A stretch of DNA of 64,000 nt from assembly GCA_040222015.1 (NCBI GenBank), contig JAVJWO010000046.1, forward strand, positions 1 to 64,000, given 5' to 3'. The first letter of the stretch is position 1. Every line of letters starts with the position of its first letter. The translations under genes were made by a program, and so were the position numbers. Source of the stretch: Coleofasciculus chthonoplastes F2-STO-03 (GTDB lineage: Bacteria > Cyanobacteriota > Cyanobacteriia > Cyanobacteriales > Coleofasciculaceae). The notes beneath the pieces were generated by a model. The model was not told where the DNA came from, searched no databases, and worked only from the letters and a program-made list of their open reading frames with translations. This document shows positions 33,637 to 42,100 of the stretch, piece after piece.

Positions 33637-34371
33637 ATGTCTAGCACGCAACATTATCGTTCTTTGAGCTTTGCCTTAAGGTTCAACGGCTCTGTTCCTG
33701 TGTGGAGTCGAGAACTTTACGAGCCAGCTACTATCAATAGCGCCGAAGTTTTCACGGATTATAAATATTCTGGCTTTATTGATCAGCTTCAGGTAATAAG
33801 TTCTATTCGGGGTAACCATCAGTTTAGCATTTGGCTTGACTGGGATGGAGTAGAAACACCGCTAACCAATAAAATAACTCTTACAAGAAACACCCCGCCG
33901 AGAGACTTGCTTCCAATTATTAGTGCAACGGGTATTTTTAAGATTTCCGAGGGATTTAAGTTAAAGATTCAACTGCATACCCCTGACAATTTAATTGAGG
34001 GGGACGTGATTACATTTTTGGGGTTTGCCAGAGAGGAAGGAATTATCACCACTCCAACCGAGCAAGCTCCTACTATAGAAGCTCCGATTCCTTTGACTTT
34101 AGAAGGAGGCTGGACTTTCACGGGAGATTCACCTTATTTACAAAAATATGGAGATTATGTAGAAATCGTTGGACAAGTAAGCCATCCGGGGACACCTGGA
34201 TTTCAAGAAAAAGTGCTAACTTTACCTAGTGGCTATAGACCGCCAAGTCAAATAATTTATTATGGGAGTGTAGATTCAAATCCGCCAAAATTAAGTATTG
34301 AAGCTTCAGGAGAGGTAAAATACTGGTTTGGTGCAACAAGTTTTCCAATTGATTTTATCTTTAAAATATAA
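33637..34371 (+). CDS. Putative receptor-binding/fibre tip protein
   Basis: Pro/Thr linker then LEGGW...LQKYGDYVEIVGQV...VLTLPSGYRP...LSIEASGEV, resembling C-terminal heads of phage tail fibres. Confidence 0.65.
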   Translation: MSSTQHYRSLSFALRFNGSVPVWSRELYEPATINSAEVFTDYKYSGFIDQLQVISSIRGNHQFSIWLDWDGVETPLTNKITLTRNTPPRDLLPIISATGIFKISEGFKLKIQLHTPDNLIEGDVITFLGFAREEGIITTPTEQAPTIEAPIPLTLEGGWTFTGDSPYLQKYGDYVEIVGQVSHPGTPGFQEKVLTLPSGYRPPSQIIYYGSVDSNPPKLSIEASGEVKYWFGATSFPIDFIFKI

Positions 34372-34373
34372 AC

Positions 34374-34766
34374 ATGAGCTATGCATTTTACATACGCATT
34401 AACAAAGGGGGTTTAATAGACGTTACAGGGCGAGCCGCTTTTAGAATTGGTCGAACTAAAAGCAAACTAGAACCCAATAAAATTATCATAGAAGATAGGA
34501 CTATTAGCTCAATTCATTGTACGATTTTGGTGTGTAATGAACCAACTAAGTTACAACCAAACTTTTGGGTTTGGGACGGGGATGGCGTTACAGCATCTAA
34601 AAACAAGACTATAGTTAATGGGACTCGGATTTTAAATGGTGCAAGTCCGCTTGAATCTGAAAAAGGTTGCAAATTATATCATGGTGATTATATCTTGCTG
34701 GGAAAACACGAAATAAGATTCATTATATCAGAAGAAAAAAGCAACAAAAAAAATGGTACAATCTGA
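34374..34766 (+). CDS. FHA domain protein
   Basis: FRIGR, ISSIH, DG...SKNKT.VNG and L.HGD.I.LG FHA motifs. Confidence 0.82.
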   Translation: MSYAFYIRINKGGLIDVTGRAAFRIGRTKSKLEPNKIIIEDRTISSIHCTILVCNEPTKLQPNFWVWDGDGVTASKNKTIVNGTRILNGASPLESEKGCKLYHGDYILLGKHEIRFIISEEKSNKKNGTI

Positions 34767-34768
34767 CA

Positions 34769-35080
34769 ATGGAATTAGTAGAAATAATTGGAGTGGCGAT
34801 AGGAATAATTGGATGCTATTTGTCCTTGCGCGAGGCAATGCTTAAAAAGTTTTCGGAGGCTGAGTCAATAGCACAAAAACTATCCTTCAATAACGACAGG
34901 AGATGTGATGAGGTAGAATCTCTTGGAAGAAGAAACGAGGCTAATATTAAAATGTTATTTTTTCTCTTTGAATTTTTAAATAAACATGAGCAAAGCCAGA
35001 CACCTGAAACACATATTAGAGATATTTCAATACCTACAGGACAAAAAAACGTCGGCGGGAATAATACACAACAAGACTAA
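34769..35080 (+). CDS. Small membrane protein (holin-like architecture possible)
   Basis: N-terminal TM helix IIGVAIGIIGCYLSL followed by a coiled coil. Confidence 0.6.
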   Translation: MELVEIIGVAIGIIGCYLSLREAMLKKFSEAESIAQKLSFNNDRRCDEVESLGRRNEANIKMLFFLFEFLNKHEQSQTPETHIRDISIPTGQKNVGGNNTQQD

Positions 35081-35408
35081 TAATATTGTGTATCGCAATC
35101 CTGCCAGTGAAGTACTTATGGAAAAATGGTACAATCAATTTCCCCAATTCTCCCCGCCCAGAAATACAAGTGAATTGCAGTCAAGCCTACGCATGAATGA
35201 ACTTGCTGCAGAAATAAAGAAACTACGCCCTATTGAGCGATTACCGTCTACTAGCTTTTTTACTAAAGAGTATATCTTGACATTTGAGGGGATTGGGGAC
35301 GTAATTGTAAGAGATAAATTTTACCGTTTTAATTTTGGCTGTCAAGTATACAGGATTTTTGAAAACATCACTAGCTCTATGCCTGCCGCTGTCATTCGCG
35401 GCGATTGA
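34986..35408 (+). CDS. Hypothetical protein, possible degenerate PAS-like fold
   Basis: AGIIHNKTNNIVYRNPASEVL resembles a PAS N-terminal motif; overlaps the upstream gene by 95 bp. Confidence 0.5.
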   Translation: MSKARHLKHILEIFQYLQDKKTSAGIIHNKTNNIVYRNPASEVLMEKWYNQFPQFSPPRNTSELQSSLRMNELAAEIKKLRPIERLPSTSFFTKEYILTFEGIGDVIVRDKFYRFNFGCQVYRIFENITSSMPAAVIRGD

Positions 35409-35655
35409 TACGTTCCACGGCTTTCCACCAGTAATAAGCTTCGGTTTTGCCCGGATCGCTAAATCTGGCTCTAGCGACTAACTTCTCTGCTCTTTCCGCG
35501 CCAACTGCGTTAATTAGCTTATTTTTTAGTTGTGGACTAGGTTCTTGTCGGGGTAAGGCTAACTTCTGAAATGGCGTGGGTTGTTTGTGTCGTTTTTTTG
35601 AATAAATTAAAATTGCTAAACTTGCAACGATAACGAGACAAATAGTTAACCACAT
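35392..35655 (-). CDS. Small membrane-anchored protein
   Basis: N-terminal TM, C-terminal LKNKL...AEKLV...PGKTEAYYWWKAVERINR. Confidence 0.7.
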   Translation of the reverse strand: MWLTICLVIVASLAILIYSKKRHKQPTPFQKLALPRQEPSPQLKNKLINAVGAERAEKLVARARFSDPGKTEAYYWWKAVERINRRE

Positions 35656-35752
35656 ATTAAAAATCGCTAAACTTTGCTCACTATAATTTGAAAGTGACAG
35701 GAGTTCAGCGATCGCAGTACAACTGAAGTATGACCCAAATCAGTGTACTGCC

Positions 35753-36037
35753 ATGATTGTAGCGTTTGTTGGCTTGTGCTTGTTGGTGGCTGGAGCGTTA
35801 ATCGTTTGGTTAGTGATAGTCGCCGGCGAACAGCGTAAGCCTGGATGGAAACCGCCAAAGATAAAAAGGGAGCGGAAGCTAGATCCACAATTGCAGCGAC
35901 GGTTGGAGCTGTTGGCGGGAAGCAAAAAAACGGCGCGGCGGTTGGTGATAGCTACAGCCCGGAGCAATCCTAAGAGAAGCACCCGATGGTGTCAGGAAAA
36001 AACTATCGCGGATTTAGAGCGTGATCGCAGGGTATAG
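35753..36037 (+). CDS. Small membrane-anchored protein (paralog of 35392-35655)
   Basis: N-terminal TM, C-terminal LQRRL...ARRLV...PKRSTRWCQEKTIADLERDRR. Confidence 0.7.
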   Translation: MIVAFVGLCLLVAGALIVWLVIVAGEQRKPGWKPPKIKRERKLDPQLQRRLELLAGSKKTARRLVIATARSNPKRSTRWCQEKTIADLERDRRV

Positions 36038-36045
36038 GGCATGAC

Positions 36046-36510
36046 TTACACGCTGGTAGCGATTATGTACGAAATCACTCCGAGCGTGAGAGCGATCGCC
36101 TCCACCAGTGCGATCGCTCTCCAGGAAGTGTGCGATCGCGCCGCCCCCAATCCTGCCAATATTTTTCGGATGTTTAGCTCATAATCTTCCCCAAATACCA
36201 CCCACTGTATCGAGGTGAGCGAATGGGGAAGTTTAAGTGCTGGGTTAAATACGATTGGCATGATGGGCTTGCGTGTCCACAAAGCTAATCTAAGCTCTTT
36301 CATGCACCATTCACTTTTAAGTGAATGGGCGCTAACAAAAAAGAGAAAATGTTGGCTGGTCAATATCCCACGCCTAATTTCCTGTTCCCACTGGCGACCT
36401 GGTGCAATATCGTCCCAATCTACCCAGCAGTTATAGAATTGGTCTAGATCTTCCACGATTCGACGAACCTTATTCGCATCCTCCCGGGCGTAACTAATGA
36501 ATAACTGCAT
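36046..36510 (-). CDS. TIR domain protein with C-terminal transmembrane helix
   Basis: LFISYARED, WVD..DIAPG..W..EI, S.WCMKEL (catalytic-type Glu), C-terminal AIALVEAIALTLGVISYIIA; start reassigned to MQLFISY. Confidence 0.87.
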   Translation of the reverse strand: MQLFISYAREDANKVRRIVEDLDQFYNCWVDWDDIAPGRQWEQEIRRGILTSQHFLFFVSAHSLKSEWCMKELRLALWTRKPIMPIVFNPALKLPHSLTSIQWVVFGEDYELNIRKILAGLGAARSHTSWRAIALVEAIALTLGVISYIIATSV

Positions 36511-37231
36511 CTTGTCGTCTGCGGTAATTATCATAAGATTGAGGCATTTCACCCCAAATCTTTCCATCTAGTTCTCTCCCTCTAGCTTTTGGAGTTCTAC
36601 CTCCCCACTGCTTAAAGAAAAATGCCACACCAGAAGATTGGCATTGGTCTCGGATACTTTGCGCCCACTCTAGCTTCATCGGACGATATTTATTCCCAGA
36701 TTCGCCACCAACAATGACCCAATGAATGCCGGTTAAATCAAGTTCTAAGTTACCGAGAAGCGGTTCGCAAGAGAGAAAACGCACATTGGCTGGAACTTGT
36801 CGCAGGGAATCAACACGGTGAACATAATCCTGATTTTCAACCGATACCCCCATCCAAATATTGTTATGCCAGTCGAGCTGAGGAGCCAGCTCAGCTAAGC
36901 GCTTGTGCCGCTTGGTCAAAATTTGATAGGTATGCTGACGTGTTTGACCCATCACATCAAACACGTCTTTGAGAAATTCGATGGGCACGCCTTCATGGAA
37001 CAAATCACTCATAGAGTTGACAAAAATGCGACTTGGCTTACGCCAACGCAAGGGTTGTTTTATGCGTTCCCGATGCAGGGTTAAATCAAATCCATTGGGG
37101 AAATTCTGACGAAACCGTTTAGTTAGTGCTTCTGCATAACAATGGGTACAACCTGGACTAACTTTGTTGCAGCCAATTGTGGGGTTCCATGTTCGGTCTG
37201 TCCACTCGATACCTGTATAAGTGCTAGCCAT
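36494..37231 (-). CDS. DUF5131 (phage Gp37/Gp68-like) protein
   Basis: TGIEWTDRTWNPTIGCNKVSPGCTHCYAE, IFVNSMSDLFH, FLSCEPLLG, WVIVGGESG, FFFKQWGG; start reassigned to MASTYTG. Confidence 0.92.
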   Translation of the reverse strand: MASTYTGIEWTDRTWNPTIGCNKVSPGCTHCYAEALTKRFRQNFPNGFDLTLHRERIKQPLRWRKPSRIFVNSMSDLFHEGVPIEFLKDVFDVMGQTRQHTYQILTKRHKRLAELAPQLDWHNNIWMGVSVENQDYVHRVDSLRQVPANVRFLSCEPLLGNLELDLTGIHWVIVGGESGNKYRPMKLEWAQSIRDQCQSSGVAFFFKQWGGRTPKARGRELDGKIWGEMPQSYDNYRRRQDAVIH

Positions 37232-37247
37232 ATTTAATTCTTTGTAT

Positions 37248-37478
37248 TTAAAAAGGTATTTCATCGTACCAATGTGCAGATCTTGAATTCCAGCACGGAG
37301 ATAACATATCCTTGGGAATTTTTGTCGCACACATAAACATTAGGACGACATTCAGGATAATTCGGCACTGGAACGGCAATCTTTTCCAGCGTGTCTCTTT
37401 CAGCACTGCGGGGCAAGGATATTTTAGGTCGTAGGCGAGAGTTCGCCAGAAGGAATAGTTGTGGTCAAAATTGTTCAT
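37248..37478 (-). CDS. Small hypothetical protein
   Basis: Fills the gap in the leftward operon, GGAGG upstream of MNNFDH. Confidence 0.45.
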   Translation of the reverse strand: MNNFDHNYSFWRTLAYDLKYPCPAVLKETRWKRLPFQCRIILNVVLMFMCATKIPKDMLSPCWNSRSAHWYDEIPF

Positions 37479-37480
37479 TT

Positions 37481-37819
37481 TCATTTTGCCTCCAATTTCG
37501 CGATCAGTGCGTCTGCCATCCAAACTGCTTCAGCAGGGCTAAGGCGATGCGCTCCAGTGGCCAATAAGCTCTGGAGCGCGATCGCGGCGAACTGTTCTCG
37601 TTTGGTTAGGTTTTCGCTAAATCCTTTGAGTACGGACTGAAAGGTGGACTCATGCAAAATTTCCGCATCTATGCCGTCTGCATCCAACAAAATCTCCTCA
37701 CAGCCGACGACCATTCGGATGAATCGGGTATCGCCGGCGCCTTCTCTATAGTCCCAATCAATTAGATCTATGCTCGCCAATCTAACTGTGTGAGTTGAAA
37801 AATTAATGAAGTCGTTCAT
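37481..37819 (-). CDS. Phage-type hypothetical protein
   Basis: C-terminal LTKREQFAAIALQSLL...AVWMADALIAKL motif common in small phage proteins; ATGA coupling to the XRE gene. Confidence 0.72.
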   Translation of the reverse strand: MNDFINFSTHTVRLASIDLIDWDYREGAGDTRFIRMVVGCEEILLDADGIDAEILHESTFQSVLKGFSENLTKREQFAAIALQSLLATGAHRLSPAEAVWMADALIAKLEAK

Positions 37820-38067
37820 TTTGGTGGGTCTGGTAAATCGTCAATCGTCATCCCGACCCTTGCCATGAGCTGGTGCAACTTCTTGTACTGCCAAAGTTCT
37901 AGGCGCAAACGGTGGCGCCCTTTTTCGTGGTTTCGCACCGTTTGTTCAGTGACGCCTATAAATTCTCCTAGTTGAGGCTGAGTCCATCCCAGCCGTTTTC
38001 GCAGTACTAGCAAAGTTTTTCCAGTGGGGTTGCAAGGTGAAAGGTTTTCATTTACCATTTTAGACAT
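37816..38067 (-). CDS. XRE-family HTH transcriptional regulator
   Basis: LRKRLGWTQPQLGEFIGVTEQTVRNHEKG; start at the ATG at 38067 or 38058. Confidence 0.88.
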   Translation of the reverse strand: MSKMVNENLSPCNPTGKTLLVLRKRLGWTQPQLGEFIGVTEQTVRNHEKGRHRLRLELWQYKKLHQLMARVGMTIDDLPDPPK

Positions 38068-38068
38068 A

Positions 38069-38089
38069 AACCGAAAAAGTTTTTCGGTT
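38069..38089. promoter_or_regulatory. Candidate operator palindrome
   Basis: AACCGAAAAA-G-TTTTTCGGTT perfect 10-1-10 inverted repeat immediately upstream of the XRE gene. Confidence 0.6.
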
Positions 38090-38396
38090 ATTACAAACCA
38101 CAAGCGCAAGAAAGGAGCTCAATGGCATGGGCACTCCTCTCTTGCGCCCTATAGGATACCGCGTTCTAGGTTCCGGTGAGACGCGATCGCAATAACTTGA
38201 AATGTGTTGAGGTATACAAAATGAAATGAGCGCATCACCCGAAAGCAGGTGAGACTAACTTGGATCTACTGACAACATTGGTTAATGCTCCTTTCTGTTT
38301 CTGACCACTACCTATCGGTGCTTATGACTAAAACACTCGCCCGATAGCTGGCGATACCATGCTCCTCATTGAATGGATGAAATTGTAAAGCCGAAC

Positions 38397-38436
38397 AAAA
38401 AACGGGGGTGGCAGTTTCCTCCCACCCCCGTTTTTT
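38397..38436. terminator. Bidirectional intrinsic terminator-like hairpin
   Basis: AAAAAACGGGGGTGG-10 nt-CCACCCCCGTTTTTT. Confidence 0.75.
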
Positions 38437-38450
38437 ATTTGAGGAAAATA

Positions 38451-38855
38451 ATGGAGAATTTAGAGGAATTTTTTAGGCACGATCAAAAGCTACATGGAGA
38501 AAAAGACGCCCACTTGCCACTCAGGAGGATATTTCATTGGAGGTTGGAAACTCCGAAGGCGTCTAAAGCCTTGATAGATTTACGATATTTTGGTTCGCGA
38601 GCTGTAATCGTTGCTTACAGCCAGCCCGGATATTTTAAGTTTAGTGAAGATTTCCTGTATGCATTTGATCGGTTATGCGGGGACTTTGGACTAGAATCAC
38701 ACAACACAGCCTGTTTCGAGTGGTTTCTGCACAAAGCGGACTTTAATATTTCTTCGGCTAAATACATGCAGTTTCGGCTGACTGCGAACATGGTAACCAG
38801 AGAAATTTTAGAGATAAATGATTTCCGCAGATTTCTAGAGCAACTATCGGAGTAG
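38451..38855 (+). CDS. Element hypothetical protein
   Basis: Start reassigned to MENLEEF, after GAGG RBS and downstream of the hairpin. Confidence 0.65.
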   Translation: MENLEEFFRHDQKLHGEKDAHLPLRRIFHWRLETPKASKALIDLRYFGSRAVIVAYSQPGYFKFSEDFLYAFDRLCGDFGLESHNTACFEWFLHKADFNISSAKYMQFRLTANMVTREILEINDFRRFLEQLSE

Positions 38856-38858
38856 CCA

Positions 38859-39176
38859 ATGGAAGAGAATTTTAAGGAAATAGTTCAATTGGCTATTTTG
38901 GCTTACTGGGCGACACATTCGCGAACAATAAATGATTATTCCGTGCAGCACGCACGGGAAAATGCGAAGATAATCAGCCAAAAATGCTCTCCCTTGTTCA
39001 GCGAGGCGAATGATGGTTACCCAAATGATGGTTGGGAGGGCTGGACCGTTTTTGCTTTGTTATGTGGGGGATTTTGCGCCTTTCGGGGACTCCCGTCTCA
39101 AAGCGAGCTTGAGTCGCTCCTAGATAAAGCAATTTCAATTTTCAATAGAGTTGAAAGCCAAAAACACGAACAATAA
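38859..39176 (+). CDS. Element hypothetical protein
   Basis: 105 aa, GGAG RBS, in the rightward operon. Confidence 0.65.
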   Translation: MEENFKEIVQLAILAYWATHSRTINDYSVQHARENAKIISQKCSPLFSEANDGYPNDGWEGWTVFALLCGGFCAFRGLPSQSELESLLDKAISIFNRVESQKHEQ

Positions 39177-39194
39177 AAAAGGGGCATAGCCCCT

Positions 39195-42100
39195 ATGAGT
39201 ATCATGTCAGAAAGAGTGATTAAAAATTCTCAACTTGACCATTATCTTAGCACACTTCCACCCCAAAATCTAGAGGCAGAAGAATCAGTATTGGGGGGAA
39301 TATTGCTCGACGAAAACGCAATGGCGCGAGTAGTCGAAACATTAACCCCAGAGGCGTTTTACATCAGCGCCCACCAAGAAATCTACCGGGCAGCATTAAC
39401 CCTATACAAACAGGGGGGGCTGACGGATTTCATGACCGTAACCGATTGGTTGTATGCACATAAACTACTGGATAAAATTGGCGGCCAAAACAAGATAGCA
39501 CAGCTTATCGATCGCACAGTTTCAGCCGTCAACATTGACCGTCACGCGGCGCTGGTGATGGATAAGTACCTACGCCGTCAACTCATCCAAGCGGGCAATG
39601 AGATTGCTTCGGTATTTGGGGATACTTTTAACCCAACAGATAAAGCCGTAGAGATAGCCCGAAATAAACTAGAAAACCTTATTCCCTTTTCAGAAAGTCG
39701 AAAGGAACGCGAATACAACAGCCTGATGGAGAAGGCTGAAAAAATAATTCTTTATGAAGACAACCCAGGAAAGCGTTTATGGGACTTACAGGGATTAGCT
39801 AAAAGACATGGCTTATCAGCACAAAAACTGGAAGAAATTTACTACAAGCACCTGCTTCACAAAGACTCTACACCGAGTATGACTTGGGATGAGTTAATCA
39901 AGCATGAATCAGATTCACCCGATTGGGTATATCACGGTTTTATGTTACGCGGCAGTTTGACACTTCTCTATTCAGCTCCTGGCGTGGGGAAAACGCTATT
40001 TTTCTACTTTTTGGCATTCTGTGCGGCAGCAGGAGTCAGCTGGGAGACAAAGATAGGGCAGTTCAGCGCAACTGCAAAACGCCGACGAATTCTATTTGTA
40101 CAATGTGACGAAACACGCCCGGAGATGATAAGAAGCCTAAGAAGATTAGGGTTCGATGCAACTCTGCAATGTCAATACCTGACGGACTGGAACGTAAATG
40201 AGATACCTAAACTAATAAGAGAGATTCAGTCTTTCAAGCCCGACGCAATTATTATCGACAGTCTAAGCTCCGTTGGCGACTGGACAGTAGAGGAAAATAA
40301 CACTAGATTTGCTGTTCCAGTTAATATGCTGCGTCGGCTAGCAGGTTTATTCAACTGCTGGATAGGGCTTACTCATCATGCTAATGCTGAAGGTGGGCTG
40401 AGAGGAACAACTGCTATAGCTGCGTCAGCCTCCACTGTTATCAAAATGGAGCGCATACAAGGACAGCCCCTGAGTTCTTCGCAACGAAAACTCATTTTCC
40501 AGAAGAATCGAGCTGGAACACCTTGGAGCGCTCATTGTCAAGTTAATTTTGAGACGGGCGGGTGGCAAATTTTGGAAGGGGTTGAAGGAACTGGAATTGA
40601 AACAGTAGGAGTACAGGGTAAAATATACTCCTTTCTTAAGGAGAACTCTCCCAAACGATACGAAACCAGGGAGATGGCGGAAATCTTGGCGCAAGCACAG
40701 CCCAGCATTCGTAGGGCGTGCAATCAATTATCGGGTCTTGGTTTGATTTCTAAGGTTCAACTGAATCGCAAATGTCTGTACTTCGTTCAAAGAGATGAGG
40801 ATGAGTGGGATGATGCCTCCCCAGACCCAGGAGGCGATCATGGCGATCATGTCGATCCTGAAGCGATCACGGGGGATGGATCGCATCCAAACTCTTTCCA
40901 GCAGGGAGATTCAGCTAGTAGCGATCATGCGATCGCCCAAAATCAAAAATCAGATGAGCAATTTGAAGATGAAAAAATCGATGATCGGTTGATCGCTTCC
41001 GCTGAAACCACGCTAAATCAGGAAGTTGAATGCGATCCTGCTAGGGTGATCGCTTCAGGATCGCTTCAGGATCGGATCGCGATCGAGAACTATCGGGGGC
41101 TAACTATCAAGCAGCCCCATGCTCAAAGATTTTCCCAAGGTCTGAAGCGGTACGAAGTGAGATCGCGGAAAACGAATTACCGAGGATTAATCCTTATTCA
41201 TTCGTCCAAGGAATATGAAAAAGGATTCGGGATGGATCGGACGCTGGCAGAGGTCGAGTATCCAACGGGAAAAATTTTGGCAGTTGCCGAACTGACCGAT
41301 TGCATCGAAATTACAGAATCTTTCCTGAACGAACAACCAGAAGAGGAGTTATTCGGCGGGTACTGGCAGCTAGGGCAGTGGGCATGGAAATTGGAGAATA
41401 TTCGCCCCGTCCATCCTTACCCTGGTGCAGCGGGTAACTTTATGCTCTGGACGCCACAGATAGATCACTTAGAGGGAGTGGAGATTGGCGATCGAGTGGA
41501 TGTGAATAATGACTCATACGTAGTTCCAGAAATTGTCGGGCTTATTCAGGAGCTTTTAGAAGTCGAAGGGGGAAAGCCATGGGTTACCCTTAGGAACATC
41601 AAGGGATTAAGCAAAAGGCAGCGCAATGAGATCCTTCGCCGCTTGTTGGTGACTGGGCGTGGATATCGCATAATTTGGGATGGGAACAATCCCGACTGGG
41701 GGGTAATTGATCCGGCGCTAATTAAGCGAAAAGAATTGATAGATTTGCGCTCTCCATCGAAGTCATCAAAGAGTGTGTATGCTTTTTGTCAAGGTGAAGA
41801 CGGCTCGACAGAATATTTTGATGTATTCGATGAGTTCTTTTTCCAGGACGATCGCCGCGAAATCCCCAAGCTTTCCGATCGCGAAAAGGCGGAAGCCAAG
41901 CAGAAGGCTTTTGAGAAAGTAATGAAAGCTTTGGGCGAACATGAAGGACCTGGCGCTGAACCCGTAACCGATGATGAAGCTCCTGGCGTTGAACCCGTAA
42001 CCGATGATGAAGCCCCTGGCGTTGAACCCGTAACCGATGATGAAGCCCCTGGCGTTGAACCCGTAACCGATGATGAAGCCTCTGGCGTTGAACCCGTAAC

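Noticed and set aside
27431..35408. Classifying the element as an inovirus, PICI or tailocin
   Set aside because: No Zot-like ATPase or tiny major coat gene, no primase or small terminase, and no sheath, tube or baseplate motifs recognisable by eye
39195..39620. Calling the replication gene the host dnaB
   Set aside because: Only the N-terminal domain is DnaB-like; the motor domain and context belong to a mobile element
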